DNA of 58,588 nucleotides from Flaviaestuariibacter sp. (lineage in GTDB: Bacteria > Bacteroidota > Bacteroidia > Chitinophagales > Chitinophagaceae). Made by a program: the position numbers and the translations under genes. The stretch is from positions 1 through 58,588 of the forward strand of contig JAQBNP010000135.1 of the NCBI GenBank assembly GCA_028288515.1, read 5' to 3'. Positions 36,872 to 46,716 of this stretch are shown piece by piece. Under the pieces are notes generated by a model. That model did no database searches. It was not told where the DNA came from and saw nothing but the letters and a program-made list of their open reading frames with translations. The first letter of the stretch is position 1, and the number at the start of each line of letters is the position of its first letter.

Positions 36872-38317
36872 ATGCAACAGGTTCTCAAACATATCCGGTG
36901 GATGCCGATCCTCATGGCCGCCACGATTCTCGGGATCGCGGGATTCCAGTATTACTGGCTGAAGAAGGCCTACGTCCGCGAAGAGAGGACCCTCGAAATG
37001 CGCAGCAATTTTACCTTTCGCGAAACCGTGCATTCGCTCCAGGCATCGAAGCTGAAGCTGGATAAGGTTCTCGTAGATTCGGGCAGCTCGCGGATGATCA
37101 TCAAAGCCGAGACCGGCAAGAAGCGCCCGGTGCGGATCCAGATCGGGCCCTCGTCCAAAATGATCGGCGTCGTGGATGTTCTCAACGAGCGCCTGAAAGA
37201 CTCGACTCTGGCGAACCGCACGATCGTTTTTTCCGAACGCGTGCAGCCCGACAGCGCCGGCAGCGATCGGCGGCAGAACTTCCGCCGCCGCGACAAGCTG
37301 ATGCAGTTTCTCTATGATGCCGAATCACCGCAGGACAGTGTCCGGGTGGCCGAGATCGATTCCCTGTTTCGCAAGCGCCTGCTGCAGGCCAATGTCACTG
37401 TTCCGTTCTCCATTGGCCGCCTGCAGACCGCACGCGAGGAAGACGGCTTCAACAAGGTGACGATCGGCTTCAAGAACCCCATTACCTACACGCTCGATCT
37501 TCACCATACATTTTCCTTCCTGATCCGCCGCATCATGGGGCCGATCGTGATGTCGCTTTTCCTCGTGCTGTTCACGGTCATCTCGTTCGCGATCCTCTAC
37601 CGCAACCTCCTCAAGCAGCGCAAGCTGGCCGATATCAAAAACGAATTCATTTCCAACATCACCCACGAGCTGAAAACGCCGATCGCCACCGTGAGCGTCG
37701 CCATCGAGGCGCTGCGCAGCTTCAACGCCACGCTGGACCCGGCCCGCACGAAAGAATACCTGGACATTTCAGCCAATGAGCTTCAACGCCTCTCGATGCT
37801 GGTGGACAAAGTGCTCAAGCTGTCGATGTTCGAGAAGAAAGAGATCGAGCTCAAATATGAGCCGCTTGATATGATGGCGCTGGTGAACGAAGTGACATCC
37901 TCCATGCGCCTGCAGTTTGAAAAGCAGGGCGCCGCGGTCAGTGTTCACACGGAAGGCGATACGACGCTGGAAGGCGACCGGCTTCACCTCGTAAGCGTCA
38001 TCTTCAACCTCGTCGACAACGCTCTCAAATACAGCACTGACAATCCCAAGATCGCCATCTCGGTGACTGGTGTTGCTGGTCGCGTGAGCCTGTGTGTGGC
38101 CGATGCAGGCATCGGCGTACCACCTGAATACAAGGACCGGATCTTCGAGAAATTCTTCCGCGTTCCGACCGGCAACGTGCACAACGCAAAAGGCTACGGG
38201 CTCGGACTGAGCTACGTGGCACACGTCGTGAAAAAGCACCACGGAACGATCAAAGTGGAGCCCAATACGGCCGGGGGCAGTAAATTCATGGTCTCGCTCC
38301 CTAAATCAAACGCATGA
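36872..38317 (+). CDS. Sensor histidine kinase (HisKA + HATPase)
   Basis: Two TMs; ITHELKTP, NLVDNALKY, GYGLGL. Confidence 0.95.
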   Translation: MQQVLKHIRWMPILMAATILGIAGFQYYWLKKAYVREERTLEMRSNFTFRETVHSLQASKLKLDKVLVDSGSSRMIIKAETGKKRPVRIQIGPSSKMIGVVDVLNERLKDSTLANRTIVFSERVQPDSAGSDRRQNFRRRDKLMQFLYDAESPQDSVRVAEIDSLFRKRLLQANVTVPFSIGRLQTAREEDGFNKVTIGFKNPITYTLDLHHTFSFLIRRIMGPIVMSLFLVLFTVISFAILYRNLLKQRKLADIKNEFISNITHELKTPIATVSVAIEALRSFNATLDPARTKEYLDISANELQRLSMLVDKVLKLSMFEKKEIELKYEPLDMMALVNEVTSSMRLQFEKQGAAVSVHTEGDTTLEGDRLHLVSVIFNLVDNALKYSTDNPKIAISVTGVAGRVSLCVADAGIGVPPEYKDRIFEKFFRVPTGNVHNAKGYGLGLSYVAHVVKKHHGTIKVEPNTAGGSKFMVSLPKSNA

Positions 38318-38997
38318 AGCAACCGAAGATCCTCTATGTCGAAGACGAAATCTTTCTCGCCAAGATCGTCGGCGAAACGCTGCAGGGACGTGGCTACGAG
38401 GTGGTGATGGAAAGCGACGGCGCAAAGGCGCTGGCGCGGTTCGAGGAAAGTAAGCCCGATGTCTGCCTGCTCGATATCATGCTGCCGAATAAGGACGGCT
38501 TCGAGATCGCCGACGGCATCCGCGAGCTCAATGCAGACGTACCAATCATTTTCCTGAGCGCGAAGTCGGCCGCCAGCGATGTGGTCAACGGGTTCAAAAT
38601 GGGCGGCAACGATTATATCCGAAAGCCGTTCAGCATGGAGGAGCTCATCGCGCGGATCGAGAACGTTCTCAAAGGCTCCGTGCCAACAGAAACGGTACCC
38701 GAAGAGGTGACCCTTGGCGGGTACACATTCAACAGCAAGCGCCAGACCCTCAACCATCCAAAAGAAGAACGCAAGCTCTCTTACCGCGAGAGCGAGCTTC
38801 TAAAAGCGCTGTACCGCAACCGCAACGAGATCGTCGAGCGGCGCGATATCCTGAACCTGCTGTGGGGCTCCGACTCGTTCTTCAACAGCCGCAACCTCGA
38901 TGTCTACATCACCAAGCTCCGGAATTACCTGAAGCTCGACCCGACCATCGAGATCATCACCATCAAAGGCATTGGTTACCGCTTCGTGATCAATTAG
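38314..38997 (+). CDS. OmpR family response regulator
   Basis: VEDE, DIMLP, RKPF, winged helix (LDVYITKLR, KGIGY). Confidence 0.95.
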   Translation: MKQPKILYVEDEIFLAKIVGETLQGRGYEVVMESDGAKALARFEESKPDVCLLDIMLPNKDGFEIADGIRELNADVPIIFLSAKSAASDVVNGFKMGGNDYIRKPFSMEELIARIENVLKGSVPTETVPEEVTLGGYTFNSKRQTLNHPKEERKLSYRESELLKALYRNRNEIVERRDILNLLWGSDSFFNSRNLDVYITKLRNYLKLDPTIEIITIKGIGYRFVIN

Positions 38998-39029
38998 CCG
39001 GTGCCGTGGCACGGCATTTATACCCATCC

Positions 39030-40706
39030 ATGCCGATGACCACACGACTCACAAAACAGGTCCGGTACTGGCTTTTCACCGGCCTCGCGCTCATTGCTTT
39101 TCTCTTTCTTTTCCTGGTCGTCGTGGCGGAGCGCTATGTCGTTCCGCAGCTGAAGGCGCGCATCAGCGCCTTTGTCGTCAGTGGCTCCGACAGCCTTTAT
39201 ACCTGCAGCATCGGCTCCCTCGACGCCTCTTTTCTGGGCGGCAACGTAGAGATCAGCGGGCTTCATATCGGGGTCGACAGCGTTCGCTACCGCTCGCTTC
39301 AGGCGGCCGGGCGCCTTCCGTCCCTGACGATGAAATTCGACATGGAGCATGGCCACATGCAGGGTGTGCGCGTGCTGCCGCTCGTGTTCGGAAAAAAGAT
39401 CGACGTGCGCGAAGTGTTCTCCAAAGATGCCCGCGTCATCCTGCAGCGCAACCGCCGCCGCGATACCTCCGTTCTCGCGTCGGTGCCTCTCTGGAAAGCC
39501 ATGCAGCCCGATGTGAGCCGGATCCTGATCGGTCAGGTGCGGCTCGACAACCTTCGCTTCCTTTATACGACCGAAGACGGCGACCGCTCCGTTAAGATCC
39601 AGTTCGATACCTGCAACGCTCTCATCAGGCGCATCCGCATCGATAGCGTTGCTGCCGCCGACACGGATCGCATCGGCTTTGCCCGCGACGTGACCCTTCA
39701 TTTTTACGACCTGAAGTTCCGCTCGGCAGATTCAAGCTATAAGCTGAAAGCCAAGGTGATCGACTATTCTTCAACCGATCGCAGCCTCGTGGTGCAGGAC
39801 TTCAAGCTGCAGCCGACACTGAAAGAAAAAGACGCATTCTATGCTGCCGCGAAATCAAGGAAAAGCATGACGGTGATCGAGTACGATAAGATCGCGTTCA
39901 CCAATTTCAAGGTCGAAACATTCCTGAATCACAACGCTATCGAGGCAGACAGCGTGCTGGTGAATGCGCCAAAAATTTCGATCTACGTTGATAAAACATA
40001 CCCGCCGATGCTCGCCGGCAAGGTGGGGCAATACCCCCACCAGCAGCTGATGCGCGCAGGCGCCCTGATTCGCATCAAGGGCATCGGTATCCGCAATCTT
40101 TCGCTGGCGTATACCGAGCGCGGCGAGAAGAACGGGCAGGAAGGAACGCTCACACTCGACGGCATCAACCTGCAGGTCGGCAACGTAACGAACGACCCGG
40201 CCCTCATCCGGCGCAACAACCTCTGCGTGGCAACCGCAACTGGACGCCTGCTCGGCCAAAGCCCGCTGGAGATGCGGTTCGTCTTTCCACTGGATTCAAC
40301 CGAAGGCCAGTTTTCCGCCTCGGGCACGATCCGCCATGTGACGGCCGCGCAGCTCAACGCGCTGGCCCCGGCGCTCGCCAACACGCGCTTGCAATCACTG
40401 GACATGCACGAGCTCCGCTTCGCGCTGCATGGTGACGATTACAGCGCCACCGGGGATGTGCGGATGCGATACGATAACCTCTTCGTCGTGCTGCAAAAAA
40501 CAGATGAGCGAACGGGCACCGTCAGTACGAAAAAGCTGCTGACGAAGATCCTGAACAGGTTCACGCTGCAAAGCAGCAACCCGGCCAACGGCACCGAGCG
40601 CGTGGCAACGGGTGTCGTGCGCTCACGCCAAATGACGGAGCCCTTCTTCGCCCTGCTCTGGAATACGGTTTACACGGGCATGCAGGGGATCATGACGGGG
40701 CATTAG
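39030..40706 (+). CDS. AsmA-like / DUF748-like envelope protein
   Basis: N-terminal TM anchor followed by a long beta-rich domain; ends FFALLW. Confidence 0.65.
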   Translation: MPMTTRLTKQVRYWLFTGLALIAFLFLFLVVVAERYVVPQLKARISAFVVSGSDSLYTCSIGSLDASFLGGNVEISGLHIGVDSVRYRSLQAAGRLPSLTMKFDMEHGHMQGVRVLPLVFGKKIDVREVFSKDARVILQRNRRRDTSVLASVPLWKAMQPDVSRILIGQVRLDNLRFLYTTEDGDRSVKIQFDTCNALIRRIRIDSVAAADTDRIGFARDVTLHFYDLKFRSADSSYKLKAKVIDYSSTDRSLVVQDFKLQPTLKEKDAFYAAAKSRKSMTVIEYDKIAFTNFKVETFLNHNAIEADSVLVNAPKISIYVDKTYPPMLAGKVGQYPHQQLMRAGALIRIKGIGIRNLSLAYTERGEKNGQEGTLTLDGINLQVGNVTNDPALIRRNNLCVATATGRLLGQSPLEMRFVFPLDSTEGQFSASGTIRHVTAAQLNALAPALANTRLQSLDMHELRFALHGDDYSATGDVRMRYDNLFVVLQKTDERTGTVSTKKLLTKILNRFTLQSSNPANGTERVATGVVRSRQMTEPFFALLWNTVYTGMQGIMTGH

Positions 40707-40826
40707 GGGAGAGGGGGGTCAGGATTTTTGATTTCTGATTCGGATTGGCGGGCTTCGACTGCGCATGGCCGTTGCGCTCCTGGCGCGTACGTGATTGAAA
40801 TTCTTCTCCGTCCCTAGCTTTGCTGC

Positions 40827-41909
40827 ATGCATTATTTCTCCGACCGCATCTTTGACGGCGACAAGTGGATCTCGGGAACCGTGTCCATTGAGGGCGGTCT
40901 CATCACGTCGATCCGGCAAGGCAGGTTCGATGGTGCAGTCGATGTCGGGGGCATGCTGGTGCCGGCCTTTATTGATATCCAGGTCTATGGCGCTGCTGGT
41001 CGCCTGTTGTCCGCCTATCCTGAACCTGTTTCGATCCGGCTTCTCGTTGACCATTGCCGAAAGGGAGGCGCCACGCTCATCCAGCCAACCGTTGCCACAA
41101 ACAGCCCCGAGGTTTTCCGTCGCTGCATCGATGCCGTGCGCGCCTACCGGGCGGACGGGGGCACGGGCGTACATGGTCTTCACCTCGAAGGGCCCTGGAT
41201 CGCCCCGGAAAAACGGGGCGCACACCTCGAAGAATTTATCCGCAGGCCGGATGTGAGCGACGTCACCCAAATGCTCGACTATGGCAATGGCGTCGTGACA
41301 ATGATCACGCTCGCGCCCGAGGTCTGCACGCCAGACATCATCGACCTGGTGCGGTCCCGCAACGTCGTTGTTTCAGCCGGGCACAGTAACGCCAGCTTTG
41401 ACCAGGCAACGGCAGCCTTCGACAGCGGCATCACCACGGCAACGCATCTGTACAATGCGATGAGTCCCCTGCAGCACCGGGCGCCCGGTCTCGTTGGCGC
41501 ACTCTTCCTGCACCCAACGGCCATGGCCAGCGTGATCGTTGACGGCTACCATGCGTCTTTCGAAGCCGTTCGGATTGCCTGCCGGCAGATGGAAGGCCGC
41601 TTGTTTGCCATCACTGATGCCGTGACGGACACGAAGGAAGGTCCGTACAGGCACGTGCTCGTTGGCGGTGACCGGTATGAATGCAATGGCGTGTTAAGCG
41701 GCTCGGCGCTGACGATGCACGACACGCTCGTAAACCTGGTCAGGAAGGTCGGGATCCCCCTGGAGGAAGCGCTGCGGATGAGCAGCCTGTTGCCGGCGCG
41801 GGCCCTGGGTTGGGGAGAAAAGCAAGGAAGAATTGCGCCCGGGTTTGCGGCGCAATTCTGTGTGATCGGGGATCATCTTCAACTCATCGACGTGCTTAGC
41901 GCAGCGTGA
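40827..41909 (+). CDS. nagA: N-acetylglucosamine-6-phosphate deacetylase
   Basis: PAFIDIQVYG, HLEGP, TLAPE, GHS, THLYNAM, ITDA. Confidence 0.92.
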   Translation: MHYFSDRIFDGDKWISGTVSIEGGLITSIRQGRFDGAVDVGGMLVPAFIDIQVYGAAGRLLSAYPEPVSIRLLVDHCRKGGATLIQPTVATNSPEVFRRCIDAVRAYRADGGTGVHGLHLEGPWIAPEKRGAHLEEFIRRPDVSDVTQMLDYGNGVVTMITLAPEVCTPDIIDLVRSRNVVVSAGHSNASFDQATAAFDSGITTATHLYNAMSPLQHRAPGLVGALFLHPTAMASVIVDGYHASFEAVRIACRQMEGRLFAITDAVTDTKEGPYRHVLVGGDRYECNGVLSGSALTMHDTLVNLVRKVGIPLEEALRMSSLLPARALGWGEKQGRIAPGFAAQFCVIGDHLQLIDVLSAA

Positions 41910-42240
41910 CGGCCTGGATGCTTGAAGCCGATTCTTTCTGGCGGCGGTAATATTGGATCAGCCATGTGATGGTGAACGTCGGAATGAAATCGAGGCCCGG
42001 CATCAGCTCTTCAACAAAGTTGAAAATGCCGCCAAAGAAACCCCGGCGCGCGCCGAACATGCGGAAGAAGATGATCGCGGAGAGGGGCGCCCAAAGGATG
42101 TCGAGGAACTCACCGAAAAAAGGAACTGCGTACGTGGCCGACCCCAGGAAGTCCATGACCAGGCAGGCAACGAGAGAGGGAAGGGGTCTTTGCTCAAGGC
42201 GTTGGTCAGTGGTTTTCTTTTTAAAAAACAATTGCTTCAT
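41896..42240 (-). CDS. Hypothetical membrane protein
   Basis: Hydrophobic; GEFLDILWAP and EELMPGLDFIPTFT motifs. Confidence 0.8.
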   Translation of the reverse strand: MKQLFFKKKTTDQRLEQRPLPSLVACLVMDFLGSATYAVPFFGEFLDILWAPLSAIIFFRMFGARRGFFGGIFNFVEELMPGLDFIPTFTITWLIQYYRRQKESASSIQAVTLR

Positions 42241-42335
42241 TTTTCAAAAGGCTGCCGTTTTTTCGGCAACGGTATAAAGACGCGTGAGCAGGCCGCGCCG
42301 TTGTCTGGCCCGTTTCTTTTGCATTCCCTTAGGAT

Positions 42336-43073
42336 ATGCAACCGTCGCTACATATCGGCACGTCGGGGTGGAGCTACCGCCACTGGAAGGATCTCTTCTA
42401 CCCGCCGAAGCTGCGCTCGGCGGACTGGTTCCGGTACTATGCCTCCCAGTTCGATTCATCCGAGATCAACAACAGCTTCTATTCGCTTCCCAAGCCGCCA
42501 ACGGTCGAGCGGTGGGCAGCTGAGGCGCCGCCGGGCTTCGTCTTCTGTCCGAAGATGAGTCGCTACCTCACTCATATGAAGAAACTGCGCGACCCGGAGG
42601 AGCCCTTGCAACGCTTCTTTACCGTGTTTGAGCCGCTGCGGCGCTTGCTGGGTCCGGTGCTGATCCAGCTCCCGCACATGGTGTCGTTTCGTTACGATAT
42701 CGCCGAGGCGTTTTTTGAGAACCTGCTGCTCTACCGGCCAGCGTCCTTCGTGCTGGAGATCCGCCATGACACCTGGCTTCAGGAACAGGCCCTGACCCTC
42801 ATGGCAAAATACGATATCGGCCTGGTCATCTCCCAGTCGGACGGTATTTTTCCCTATTCGGAAATGGTCACGGCCTCCCACGTGTACCTGCGCTTCCATG
42901 GGCCTCGGGAGCTCTATGCATCGAGATATTCAGATGAGATGCTTGCGGCGTATGCGCGGAAGATGGAAGGGTGGATGGCCGAGGGTCACCAGGTATGGGC
43001 TTATTTCAACAACGACATCCACGGCTTTGCGTTCGATGATGCGCGACGGCTGAGAGGAATGATCCGGGTGTAG
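42336..43073 (+). CDS. DUF72 family protein
   Basis: IGTSGWSY, EINNSFY, LTHMKKL, YLRFHG, YFNND. Confidence 0.92.
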   Translation: MQPSLHIGTSGWSYRHWKDLFYPPKLRSADWFRYYASQFDSSEINNSFYSLPKPPTVERWAAEAPPGFVFCPKMSRYLTHMKKLRDPEEPLQRFFTVFEPLRRLLGPVLIQLPHMVSFRYDIAEAFFENLLLYRPASFVLEIRHDTWLQEQALTLMAKYDIGLVISQSDGIFPYSEMVTASHVYLRFHGPRELYASRYSDEMLAAYARKMEGWMAEGHQVWAYFNNDIHGFAFDDARRLRGMIRV

Positions 43074-43118
43074 GACCAGGTAGAGTTACGGTTCACGATC
43101 TTAGATTGAACAGGGAGA

Positions 43119-43201
43119 TGCAAAGAGCGCAAAAAAGCAAAGGAGCCGCCAGGACGATCTGACTTTTTGCTCCTTTGCTTTTTCGTGCCTTCGTGGCTCA
43201 A
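43119..43201 (+). repeat. Further copy of the CGCAAAG-type dispersed repeat, forming a hairpin
   Basis: GCAAAGAGCGCAAAAAAGCAAAGGAGC...GCTCCTTTGCTTTTTCGTGCCTTCGTGGCTCA. Confidence 0.55.
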
Positions 43202-43219
43202 CTTTGGTTCGGCTGCTTG

Positions 43220-43501
43220 TTAGAGCTCGTCGTCCTCATCCTCTTCGTCATCCGCATCGAGGTCGAGGTCGTCATCATCCGCGTCCACATCATCCGCGTC
43301 AACGTCGACACCGTCTACGGCATCCACATCGTCATCCAGCTCAACCTCGTCATCGTCCAGGTCGTCATCATCGTCAAGGTCCTCATCGTCCTCCAGATCG
43401 TCGTCCTCATCCAGCAGGGCGATGGGGAGTGTGCTGTTCAGCAGGTCGTCGACGCCGGCGAGCTGCGGTCCGTTCAGAACGGCCAGGGTTTCTCGTTGCA
43501 T
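43220..43501 (-). CDS. Hyper-acidic small protein (93 aa)
   Basis: A-rich leader before the ATG; 45 of the last 63 residues are D/E, with mixed GAT/GAC codons. Confidence 0.7.
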   Translation of the reverse strand: MQRETLAVLNGPQLAGVDDLLNSTLPIALLDEDDDLEDDEDLDDDDDLDDDEVELDDDVDAVDGVDVDADDVDADDDDLDLDADDEEDEDDEL

Positions 43502-43643
43502 ACGTTTCTTTTTTCAGCATCCGCAAAAATCCTATGCCATTGCCCCGGCCATCATTTGGGGCGGTGTGCAGCCACGGCGTTCGCTCACGGCCCGCCCCGG
43601 CCGGCAGTTCTGGGGAAAAGAGTCCCGATGGACGGAACTGGCA

Positions 43644-44156
43644 TCAGCTTTTCAGAAGCATGTCGCTATACGATTCTGCACTATAGTCTTCCGGCTTCAC
43701 GCCGAAGAGCTCCGCGTAATACGTGCACTGCTCTTTCAGCTTCGAGATATCAATGCTGCCGTCGCTGTCGATGGCTTCCACCTCGACGAATGTTCCGAGG
43801 CTGTCCACCGTATCGAAATGGATCTTGACATTGTCGACAAAGAAGATCCTGCGCCGCTTCGCCACCACCACCTTAACACCGAGGGCCTTGGTCAGAACGG
43901 CTTTCAGGTTGGCATCCGGCTCGTGATGGAACAGCAGGACATCGGACTGCTTCGCGCCGGCAAGGTCGCTGCGGTGATACTGGATCAGCGTGTTCTCGAT
44001 ATTTCCTTCGCGCAGCTTGAGACGCCCCGTCGGCACGTTGAAATAGGTATCTGTCTGGCGGTCCTCGCCGACGTAGCGAGGCTTGTGTTTCGACAGCGCT
44101 TCCTCCAATTCGGCGAGTCGTTCCGTCTTTGCTTTAAATTCGTAATTCAATGGCAT
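43644..44156 (-). CDS. CYTH domain protein (class IV adenylate cyclase-like)
   Basis: NYEFKA, QTDTYF, RLKLRE, KRR, LGTFVEVE. Confidence 0.9.
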   Translation of the reverse strand: MPLNYEFKAKTERLAELEEALSKHKPRYVGEDRQTDTYFNVPTGRLKLREGNIENTLIQYHRSDLAGAKQSDVLLFHHEPDANLKAVLTKALGVKVVVAKRRRIFFVDNVKIHFDTVDSLGTFVEVEAIDSDGSIDISKLKEQCTYYAELFGVKPEDYSAESYSDMLLKS

Positions 44157-44225
44157 GAGAAGTATGTCGGCGCCGCCTGTCGGCAGCATTTTTTTAGAAC
44201 CGTAAAAATAAAGATGATGATCACG

Positions 44226-45074
44226 ATGCGCTCGTTTGTTTTCCTGGCTGCAATGGCCCTCACCCTTCCCTCATGCGTCGCTTCGCGCAAATACAAAGAA
44301 GCCCTGGCGCGGGAGCAGACACTGGCCGAGCAGAATGCCCGGCTTACGACAAACCTGGCTGAGCTGAACGGCAACCTGTCGTCGCTGAACGCGCGCCTGT
44401 CCGACGCCCAGAATGAGAACGCCCGCCTCATCGGGCAGGTGGACGCTGCCGGCAAGAACGCCGCCGAGCTGGGCCAGCTTGCCAACAAAACGCAGGAGCA
44501 GCTTGCGCAGGAGCAGCAACGGCTTCGGGAGAACCAGCAGCGCCTCGAGCGCATGCAGCAGCTGATGGACCAGCAACGCCAGGCGATCGAAGGTCTGCGG
44601 CAAAATATGACGAAGGCGCTTGTCAACTTCAAGCCCGAGGAGCTGACCGTGTCCATCAAGAACGGCAAGGTGTATGTGAGCCTGCAGGAAAGCCTTCTCT
44701 TTCCGTCGGGCAGCGCCGAGGTGAACCCGCGCGGAAAAGAAGCGCTGGGCAAGCTGGCCGCGGCGCTGAATACCAACCCGGACATCAGCGTGATGATCGA
44801 AGGCCATACCGATTCCATTCCCATCCGCGGCCGCTACGAGGATAACTGGGCGCTCAGCACGGCACGCTCGGCATCCATCGTCCGGATCCTGACCGGCGCC
44901 TACCGTGTTGACCCGGTGCGCGTCACGGCCAGTGGCCGGAGCCAGTACGAGCCGGTTGAAAGCAATGCTACGCCGGAAGGCCGCGCACGCAATCGCCGCA
45001 CCGAGATCATCCTGTCGCCCAAGCTCGATGAGCTGATGCGACTGCTTGAGCAGGCGCCAACCACGGGACAATAA
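44226..45074 (+). CDS. OmpA/MotB family lipoprotein with coiled coil
   Basis: LPSC lipobox; LLFPSGS, EGHTD, NWALSTARS, NRRTEII. Confidence 0.9.
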   Translation: MRSFVFLAAMALTLPSCVASRKYKEALAREQTLAEQNARLTTNLAELNGNLSSLNARLSDAQNENARLIGQVDAAGKNAAELGQLANKTQEQLAQEQQRLRENQQRLERMQQLMDQQRQAIEGLRQNMTKALVNFKPEELTVSIKNGKVYVSLQESLLFPSGSAEVNPRGKEALGKLAAALNTNPDISVMIEGHTDSIPIRGRYEDNWALSTARSASIVRILTGAYRVDPVRVTASGRSQYEPVESNATPEGRARNRRTEIILSPKLDELMRLLEQAPTTGQ

Positions 45075-45174
45075 GCCAGGGACGAAAGGCGGGTCACGCA
45101 GGCAAACGAGCCGCCTTGTATCGATCGACAAGGCCTCCCCTGTAAACTGTACTTTTAGCAAAATAACCGGGATA

Positions 45175-45702
45175 ATGATCACGCTGCAACGCTTCACCGA
45201 ACAGGACTTCCCGCTGCTGAAAAGATGGGCGGATTCCGCGGATATGCTGATGCAGTTTGCCGGCCCGGCCCTCAGCTTTCCACTGACCGACGAGCAACTT
45301 CACCAGTCGCTTTCCGAACCGAACCGTCATGCATTTACGGCTGCCGACAGGCGCACCGGGGAGATGGTGGGGTATGGGGAAGTGTGTCGCGGCGAAAAGA
45401 AAGCCTACCTCGGGCGCATCATCGTCGACCCGCAAAAACGCGCGCAAGGCTATGGCAGGGCGCTTGTTGACAAGCTGATCGAATATGCTTTTGTGCGGCT
45501 TGACCAGGCTGAGCTGGCCCTCAATGTCTTTGACTGGAACGACACGGCGATCCACTGCTACGAGCGGGCCGGGTTTCGTGTCAACCCCAACCTGAAGTCG
45601 GAGCGCACGATCAACGGCCAGCATTGGACGGCCCTCAATATGACGCTGGACCGCGCCGCCTGGCAGGCCCTTCAACTGCAGCCGCATGAGCCCCGGCCGT
45701 AG
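45175..45702 (+). CDS. GNAT family N-acetyltransferase
   Basis: RIIVDP..RAQGYG, NVFDWN..AIHCYERAGF. Confidence 0.88.
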   Translation: MITLQRFTEQDFPLLKRWADSADMLMQFAGPALSFPLTDEQLHQSLSEPNRHAFTAADRRTGEMVGYGEVCRGEKKAYLGRIIVDPQKRAQGYGRALVDKLIEYAFVRLDQAELALNVFDWNDTAIHCYERAGFRVNPNLKSERTINGQHWTALNMTLDRAAWQALQLQPHEPRP

Positions 45703-46318
45703 AACCGCGGTGCTTGTGTCAGCCGTTCTCCTGCTGCCGGCCGGCCATGCCGCGGCAATTTGTTTTCGGAACAATACGTCCCTGCCCTGGCTTTATTCAA
45801 CCCTTTTCTATGGTGCCTGGCTGATCGCCTGCTGCTTTTTGTTTTTACGCCGTACGGATATTGCAGGCCTCCTGCGCCGGCCTGTTTACCAGGCCTGGTA
45901 CCTGCTTCCTTTGCTGTGCGTTGTGCCGCTTTTCCTGTTCGTGTTTCTCCCCAACCGCTCCCTGCTGCGCGCAGACGGGTGGCTGGCGGCACAAGTGGTG
46001 CTTTGCCTCACCGGCCCGCTGCTCGAGGAGCTGTACTGGCGGGGTCTGCCGGCAGTTGCTTTCCGGAGCCCGCTACTTTCCTTCCTGTTTTCCTGTGTGC
46101 TTTTTGGCGCGAGCCATCCGCTTGTGTTCGGCGTCAATAGCCACGGGGACAGCGGATGGGTAGCCTTTGGCGGCACGGCATTGATCGGCGGGCTGTGGTG
46201 GCTCAGCCTGCGACGGACGCGCAGCCTTCGCGGGTGCATCCTGACGCATGTATTGGTTGACATTGCGGGCATGGCCGTTTATGTTCTGGCCGACCGTGCT
46301 GCGCTGTTACCCTTATAA
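45686..46318 (+). CDS. CPBP (Abi/CAAX) intramembrane metalloprotease
   Basis: EELYWRG, FGASH, SL..CILTH motifs. Confidence 0.85.
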   Translation: MSPGRRTAVLVSAVLLLPAGHAAAICFRNNTSLPWLYSTLFYGAWLIACCFLFLRRTDIAGLLRRPVYQAWYLLPLLCVVPLFLFVFLPNRSLLRADGWLAAQVVLCLTGPLLEELYWRGLPAVAFRSPLLSFLFSCVLFGASHPLVFGVNSHGDSGWVAFGGTALIGGLWWLSLRRTRSLRGCILTHVLVDIAGMAVYVLADRAALLPL

Positions 46319-46342
46319 AAAAGCCCGGACCTGCCGGGCTTT
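46317..46342. terminator. Terminator hairpin between convergent genes
   Basis: AAAAAAGCCCGG-ACCTG-CCGGGCTTT. Confidence 0.65.
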
Positions 46343-46365
46343 CACAATGGATCAATTGTTCTTTG

Positions 46366-46596
46366 TTAGGAGCTGACGCCACCGGAATAGCCGCCGCCAT
46401 TCTTGCTATCTTTACTGGTATTGCGGTTTGGATGATTGGTGCGGACATTGTCCGATAAAGCCTGGTCGTCATCCGTATAGCGTTCCGTGAGGTCGCGGTC
46501 ATTGCTTGCATTTTCCGGCTCCGTCCGGGTTGGAATACCGGTTCCCGACTCGACCTTATTCGTACCCGAAGGCTGTCCCCTGTGATCTTTTCCCAT
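46366..46596 (-). CDS. Small hydrophilic hypothetical protein (76 aa)
   Basis: MGKDHRGQPSG...HPNRN; no hydrophobic core, hydrophilin-like composition. Confidence 0.65.
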   Translation of the reverse strand: MGKDHRGQPSGTNKVESGTGIPTRTEPENASNDRDLTERYTDDDQALSDNVRTNHPNRNTSKDSKNGGGYSGGVSS

Positions 46597-46716
46597 GGTA
46601 TCAAGATTTAGATGGGAACCGGAGCAAGCCCTGTGCCGGTTTGCTTTCAAAGCTACCGGGTCGATGCCGCTACCCGTCTCATCTTTTGCTAACTTGGGCT
46701 CGATCAACACATGCTC

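Noticed and set aside
43175-43828. His/Arg-rich and Val/Ile-rich + strand ORFs
   Set aside because: They are antisense readings of the GAY/GAG-rich acidic gene.
44226-45074. Evidence for flagellar motility from a MotB-like gene
   Set aside because: There is no motA or flagellar gene, and the protein is a lipoprotein with a generic OmpA-like peptidoglycan-binding domain.
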